Below are positions 6,858 through 11,186 of a stretch of 11,186 bases of DNA, in pieces (position 1 is the stretch's first letter; each line of letters begins with the position of its first letter). Below the pieces are notes generated by a model. That model saw only the letters and a program-made list of their open reading frames with translations, had not been told where the DNA came from and did no database searches. The DNA is from Fidelibacterota bacterium (GTDB taxonomy: Bacteria; Fidelibacterota; UBA2242). The DNA is taken from contig JBNGDF010000015.1 of the NCBI GenBank assembly GCA_049975265.1, forward strand, positions 32,915-44,100, read 5' to 3'. A program made the translations under genes and the position numbers.

Positions 6858-8831
6858 CTATTTTAAATAGAGCATCGGTTTGACGGTCTGTTGCACCGAA
6901 TTTAAATTCAACTGGTAAAAATAGATGCCGACGCCAACCCGTTTTCCGCGCCGGTTGGTACCGTCCCAGACAATTTCAGTTAGCCCGGCAGGGAGCAGGT
7001 CCGCAACCAATTCCGTAATTATGGCACCTTTCAAATCAAATACCAACAACTGGACATTTTCCGGTCGTGTCAGAATAATCGGAATGGTGGTGTGATCGTT
7101 GAAAGGATTGGGATAATTTTTCCCGATATAAAGATGAGGCGTTAACTTCTCAATAACGGAATTATCCACCAGGGTAAAAACCATTTTTCGCAAATTGAAT
7201 CCACCCTTGATAAAATTCAGTTTAAGAGTGTGATTCCCGCTTGGCAACTCCAGCGATTCGATGCTAATAGTCTGCCAGTTTTGCCAATCACCGGTACTGG
7301 GAATATTCAACGATTCGATCATTACCTGACCATCCAGTAACACCTGTATATTTCCCGTTCCGGTGAGGCTGGCAATTTGAAAACCAAGGTTATATTTCCC
7401 CCCATAGACAATCGTCACAGTATAATTCAGCCATTCCCCGTCTTCAATCCAGCCGATGTTGTACAAGCCGTTGTTTAATTCAATATCCACACCATCGTTC
7501 CGATATGAATACCCGCGATTCCAGGGTTGGTCGGCATCCCAGCGGACTTTCTTATAATCCGCATCAAAATAGGCAATCCCGTTAGTGCCAAGATCATAAT
7601 TTGCCGCTTCAATGGTTCCGGGGATTATATTCAAACTATAAGGTTTTGAAACGGTACCAAATTCCGGATCCATTATGGCGGCGATAACATCCGGTCGAAC
7701 GGTACAACTTTCCAGCCTTAGACTGTTTGCCATACCGGTCATTGCTGAGACGGCAAAAGAGCCGGACGGCTTTGCCGCATTACCATTCCAATAGTCAATA
7801 ATTTGCTGATATTCAGGAGTAATAGTTGCCGATAGCGGGCTTGTGATCGTTTCAAATTTCTTATGCGCCCACCAGTTCCAACCGATGCTCTGCTGCTCCA
7901 TCAACCGGACTGTTTCATAATACCACCCGTTGGAATTTTCACCGGTTTCGCCCAGCCAGAGTGGTGTCACCGTCTGGGTTCGCAGGTTTCGGTATTGCTG
8001 AATGGAACCGAGGTCGGTTTCGTTCCAGTATTTATGAAACGTCCAGACCATATTATCGTCAAAGCGGGGCGGCAAGCCGCTAAAGTCTGTCGCATACCAG
8101 TTGCCCTCAATAAAGAGAATGTGGTTGCTGTCAATTCTACGAACAGCCTCTGTCAGCCGGACAAAGAATGCCCGGAAATCCGCGGTGCTGTAGCCGTCCG
8201 GCAGAACCGGTTCATTCAGCAGATCGTAACCAATAATCCACTCTTCATCTTTGTATCGTTCGGCAATCCGTTTCCAGATTTCCACGGTTCTATCCTGGTT
8301 TGCCGTTTCGGTCCAGAGTTTTGCTTCTCCGTCACTGTCACTGATGTTTCCGGCGTTTTGACCGCCGGGCGCACAGTGCATATCGAGAATCAGGTACAGA
8401 CCGTGGCGCTTGCACCAGACCAGCAGCGTATCAATGATTTCAAAGCCGTCATCAATAAATACACCCGGCGAATCAATCGGCGAGAAAAACTCATAATGAA
8501 AGGGCAGACGAATATGATTAAAGCCCCAGTCAGCAATCAATTTAATATCGGCTTCAGTGACATAATTCGCGCGGTACAATTGGAAGAATTTTTCCGTTTC
8601 CTCTTCACCAATGACATCAATAATCTGATTTCTGATATACGACGGTGAACCGTGACCGGGTGTATGCAGCATATACCCTTCCGGGACCAGCCAGCCGCCC
8701 AGTCCATAGCCTTTCAGAATGAATTGATTCCCGTCAGAATCAACAATATCAAATCCCAAAGTCTTGAAAAAACCGGCACGAGCCTGCAGGCTGATCAATA
8801 TCATTAGTACAATTCTTACTATTTTTTTCAT
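6858..8831 (-). CDS. Secreted GH5 (subfamily 46-like) beta-glucanase + CBM6 + T9SS-type/FlgD-Ig C-terminal sorting domain
   Basis: Signal peptide MKKIVRIVLMILISLQARA|G. Catalytic motifs are GYGLGGWLVPEGYM, GFNHIRLPFHY, LDMHCAPGGQNAGNISDS, YDLLNEP, FHKYW and WLGETGEN. The CBM6 (IPGTIEAANYD...IGWIEDGEWLNY...TGDWQNWQT) spans about 7626-7175. The tail NYPNPFN...WDGTNRRG...GIYFYQL starts at 7118. An AAGGA SD lies in the 12-nt gap after the upstream gene. Confidence 0.9.
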   Translation of the reverse strand: MKKIVRIVLMILISLQARAGFFKTLGFDIVDSDGNQFILKGYGLGGWLVPEGYMLHTPGHGSPSYIRNQIIDVIGEEETEKFFQLYRANYVTEADIKLIADWGFNHIRLPFHYEFFSPIDSPGVFIDDGFEIIDTLLVWCKRHGLYLILDMHCAPGGQNAGNISDSDGEAKLWTETANQDRTVEIWKRIAERYKDEEWIIGYDLLNEPVLPDGYSTADFRAFFVRLTEAVRRIDSNHILFIEGNWYATDFSGLPPRFDDNMVWTFHKYWNETDLGSIQQYRNLRTQTVTPLWLGETGENSNGWYYETVRLMEQQSIGWNWWAHKKFETITSPLSATITPEYQQIIDYWNGNAAKPSGSFAVSAMTGMANSLRLESCTVRPDVIAAIMDPEFGTVSKPYSLNIIPGTIEAANYDLGTNGIAYFDADYKKVRWDADQPWNRGYSYRNDGVDIELNNGLYNIGWIEDGEWLNYTVTIVYGGKYNLGFQIASLTGTGNIQVLLDGQVMIESLNIPSTGDWQNWQTISIESLELPSGNHTLKLNFIKGGFNLRKMVFTLVDNSVIEKLTPHLYIGKNYPNPFNDHTTIPIILTRPENVQLLVFDLKGAIITELVADLLPAGLTEIVWDGTNRRGKRVGVGIYFYQLNLNSVQQTVKPMLYLK

Positions 8832-8843
8832 TTGCTTTTATCC

Positions 8844-11186
8844 TTAACGTAAAAACAGACACTTTTTTACTTCATGAGCACTCTCTGAGGCTAGCTGAAC
8901 AAAATAAATCCCCGAACTCACCGTCGAACCCTTCATATTCTTTCCGTCCCAAACAAGCTGATGGTTTCCTGCCGTCAAAGGCTGTTTTATTGCCCGGATC
9001 AGGCGTCCGTTGAGATCATAAATCAGCAACTCAATTTGCCGGGAATCCGGCAGGCTGATTTCGATTAATGTTCGGGAATTAAACGGATTCGGGTAAATCC
9101 GTGTCAGGTGGCATTTTTCAGGAATGATGGTGGTTACCACCGTATTTTCTTCAATCTGATCACCAAACGCTTCAATCCCGAACCAGACCGTGGGCTGCTG
9201 CAACTGACTGAGTAAAATGCTGAATTGCCCGTCTCCATCCGGTAAGATGGTTGTCGGATAACCGTTTTCCATCCCGGTACCATCCAGTCCAAAAACATGC
9301 AGCGAGTCGGCAATGATGTTCAACTTCACAGAAACAATCACCGGCTCAATTTCCGTCGGCGCATGACCCCAGTTATCGTGAAAGGTCTGTATTCCATCCC
9401 ACAGCATGCCCTGATTCTGTATGCGGGTAGAAAGCGTTATTAGCGACGTTTTCGATATCCTCAACGGGCGATCCTGCAATGAAATCCAGGTCAGCGTGGC
9501 GACATTACCGGCACCAACCAGTTCCAGGTCACCTACGGTCAGATTTTGATAATCATGCAGCCAGCCGGTCAGACCGATAAATTTTGGTGTATTAACCGTA
9601 AAGAGATCGTTGCCCCAGATTAATTCACCGGTATCTGTCGCCAGCGGAAACGCCGGTGTATAATTCACAGGCTTGATTCCCTGTGGTGCCTCAAAGCTCT
9701 CAATCCTCAGAGCATGTTGCAATGCCAGAGACTGAGAAACCGGAAAATGACCGGTCCAGGAACCGCCATCATTTTTGGGAGCCAGCAAAATATCATCGGG
9801 ATGGTAGCTGATTGTTATAACCTCATTAGCGGGCTGAACACAGGCAGTGCGAAAGGCTTTGGCACAGGACGGCAGCAACGCCATCATCACCGTATTGCGG
9901 TGAATACTGAAATAGCTGCTGATAAAATCGGTTTCCCAATCATCTGACGAATTGCCGTTATAATCAAACAGCATTAAGCCATCAATATCATGAAATCCGG
10001 CATAGGCGGCTGCCATCAGAACTCCCTCAGTCTGGAACCGGTTCGGGAAGGGATGATTATACTCGCTGACGGTATAGGGTTTGCCCTGAAGCGGAACACC
10101 ACCAAATAAGGCACTAATCGTTCCACCGGTTTTACTGGTGAGCATTGAAGTATTGTTGATCAGCCAGTCGGTACCTGACCAGGGCTCATTGGGAAACTGC
10201 GGATGGTCCCAGTAGGCGTGATTATCCACATAATCCAGATGAGCCTGACTTACAAGATCGCCGACCCCCACATTCCAGTTCGTTCCGGTGATTGGTACCC
10301 GAACACCCAGGTCGCTTTTTAGAAACGTCGCCATTTCGTTAAAAAATGCATCCTGCAGTCCGATGTAAAAGGAAGAAATATCCCGTACCCTGGCATCGGT
10401 GTAACGAAGGCATTCACGGTAAGCAATCCGGCGCACATTCCGGTTCTCCAGTGTTTCGCCATCCTCCAGCCCCACAACCGCCGGCTTTCCGAAAAATATA
10501 TTATCAAACCAGAAAGAGCCGCCGGTGAGACCAAAACTGAATGCCAGGCGGGCGTTGTCGGTACAGGTCGCAGGCGCCCGGAAGGTGAATTGAAATTCAC
10601 ACCATTCCGTTGTTACCTGGAATTTCTTCCCGCCGAACCAGGTCCATGGGCTGGAATTTTGGAGAATTGCCAATTCAATTTCCCGCATCGCATCAGCACG
10701 GGCAACAAAGGAGACCAGATAGACCGAATCCTGCCAGACCGTCAGCGCCGGCTGTTTCCATTGCAGATGCCAGCTTTCGGTTCCCGGTTGCAGAATCGTA
10801 ATCCGGGCGCATTGCTCACCCTCATAAGCATCGGCGTCCCGTGTCATCAGTGCATTGGCATTGTTATGCAGTTCCAGCTCCCAGTTGCCCGTCAGCGGCT
10901 GCGTTTCAAAGCCACTATCTGGAATCTGATTGACGCAGGCAGCTGAATCAACACCCATATTCCACGCCGCATTTAAGGCTTCGTCCGTCCCGTACTTTGC
11001 GGTCAGAAAATCCAGCCAGCGATCATCCAGCAGCTGTGCGTGACGCCGGGTCAGTTTACCACCCGAACTGAAATGCTTCAACCCATCATCCCGCCACATG
11101 CGGTAAAGGGAATTTTCATTGACAATCTCCACCATCGCCATCACCGGATCGTCAACCAGCGCCAGCCCGGTATAGGGATTGACATG
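8844..11186 (-). CDS. GH148-like beta-glucanase with CBM4 inserted in the catalytic barrel + C-terminal beta domain + T9SS-type/FlgD-Ig sorting domain (5'-truncated by the window)
   Basis: The frame is open to the window edge (HVNPYTGLALVDDPVMAMVEIVNENS; NE acid/base E at 11117-11115), so 11144 is not the real start. A CBM4-like module NQIPDSGFE...WFDNIFFG spans about 10931-10488. The barrel resumes with DLGVRVPITGTN, DYVDNHAYWDHP and GKPYTVSEYNHPFPN (nucleophile E at 10064-10062). The tail IYPNPFNS...WDGKN...SSGIYF starts at 9098. Confidence 0.82.
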   Translation of the reverse strand, partial: HVNPYTGLALVDDPVMAMVEIVNENSLYRMWRDDGLKHFSSGGKLTRRHAQLLDDRWLDFLTAKYGTDEALNAAWNMGVDSAACVNQIPDSGFETQPLTGNWELELHNNANALMTRDADAYEGEQCARITILQPGTESWHLQWKQPALTVWQDSVYLVSFVARADAMREIELAILQNSSPWTWFGGKKFQVTTEWCEFQFTFRAPATCTDNARLAFSFGLTGGSFWFDNIFFGKPAVVGLEDGETLENRNVRRIAYRECLRYTDARVRDISSFYIGLQDAFFNEMATFLKSDLGVRVPITGTNWNVGVGDLVSQAHLDYVDNHAYWDHPQFPNEPWSGTDWLINNTSMLTSKTGGTISALFGGVPLQGKPYTVSEYNHPFPNRFQTEGVLMAAAYAGFHDIDGLMLFDYNGNSSDDWETDFISSYFSIHRNTVMMALLPSCAKAFRTACVQPANEVITISYHPDDILLAPKNDGGSWTGHFPVSQSLALQHALRIESFEAPQGIKPVNYTPAFPLATDTGELIWGNDLFTVNTPKFIGLTGWLHDYQNLTVGDLELVGAGNVATLTWISLQDRPLRISKTSLITLSTRIQNQGMLWDGIQTFHDNWGHAPTEIEPVIVSVKLNIIADSLHVFGLDGTGMENGYPTTILPDGDGQFSILLSQLQQPTVWFGIEAFGDQIEENTVVTTIIPEKCHLTRIYPNPFNSRTLIEISLPDSRQIELLIYDLNGRLIRAIKQPLTAGNHQLVWDGKNMKGSTVSSGIYFVQLASESAHEVKKCLFLR

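Noticed and set aside
7863..8648. 261-aa plus-strand ORF
   Set aside because: It lies entirely antisense to the conserved GH5_46 catalytic domain and has no recognisable motifs; a typical shadow ORF.
114..10946. Remaining 60-118 aa ORFs in the six-frame track
   Set aside because: All are nested in or overlap well-supported CDSs on another frame or strand and show no protein-family motifs.
11142..11144. ORF-track start of the 766-aa protein
   Set aside because: The frame stays open to the window edge and encodes the conserved HVNPYTG...DDP segment, so the real start is outside the window.
1..11186. CRISPR arrays, tRNA/rRNA, IS elements, defence or phage genes
   Set aside because: No regularly spaced direct repeats, cloverleaf-like segments, or transposase/integrase motifs were seen. 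Non-coding space is limited to two short intergenic regions and small gaps.

Overview
This window is a bacterial carbohydrate-utilisation locus, almost entirely coding, with no mobile elements, RNA genes or CRISPR arrays that I can see. In order it holds: a GH2 beta-glucuronidase-like gene (-); a divergently transcribed secreted clan GH-A glycoside hydrolase of uncertain family with a T9SS-type C-terminal sorting domain (+); a vSGLT-like Na+/sugar symporter (+); a GH5_25 (Thermotoga Cel5A-like) probable lipoprotein endoglucanase (+); a convergent GH5_46-CBM6-CTD enzyme (-); and a 5'-truncated GH148-like enzyme whose TIM barrel is split by an inserted CBM4 (-). The set points to beta-1,3 and mixed-linkage beta-glucan breakdown plus sugar uptake. 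PNPFN/FlgD-Ig tails together with sigma70-type promoters and Shine-Dalgarno sites suggest a non-Bacteroidota FCB-related host such as Marinimicrobia, KSB1 or Calditrichota (inference). The best novelty candidates are the unassigned GH-A enzyme with about 200 aa of unknown domains, the altered sugar-site and Na+-site residues of the symporter, and a 254-bp intergenic region with three tandem inverted repeats. Family calls come from motif recognition only; no searches were run.
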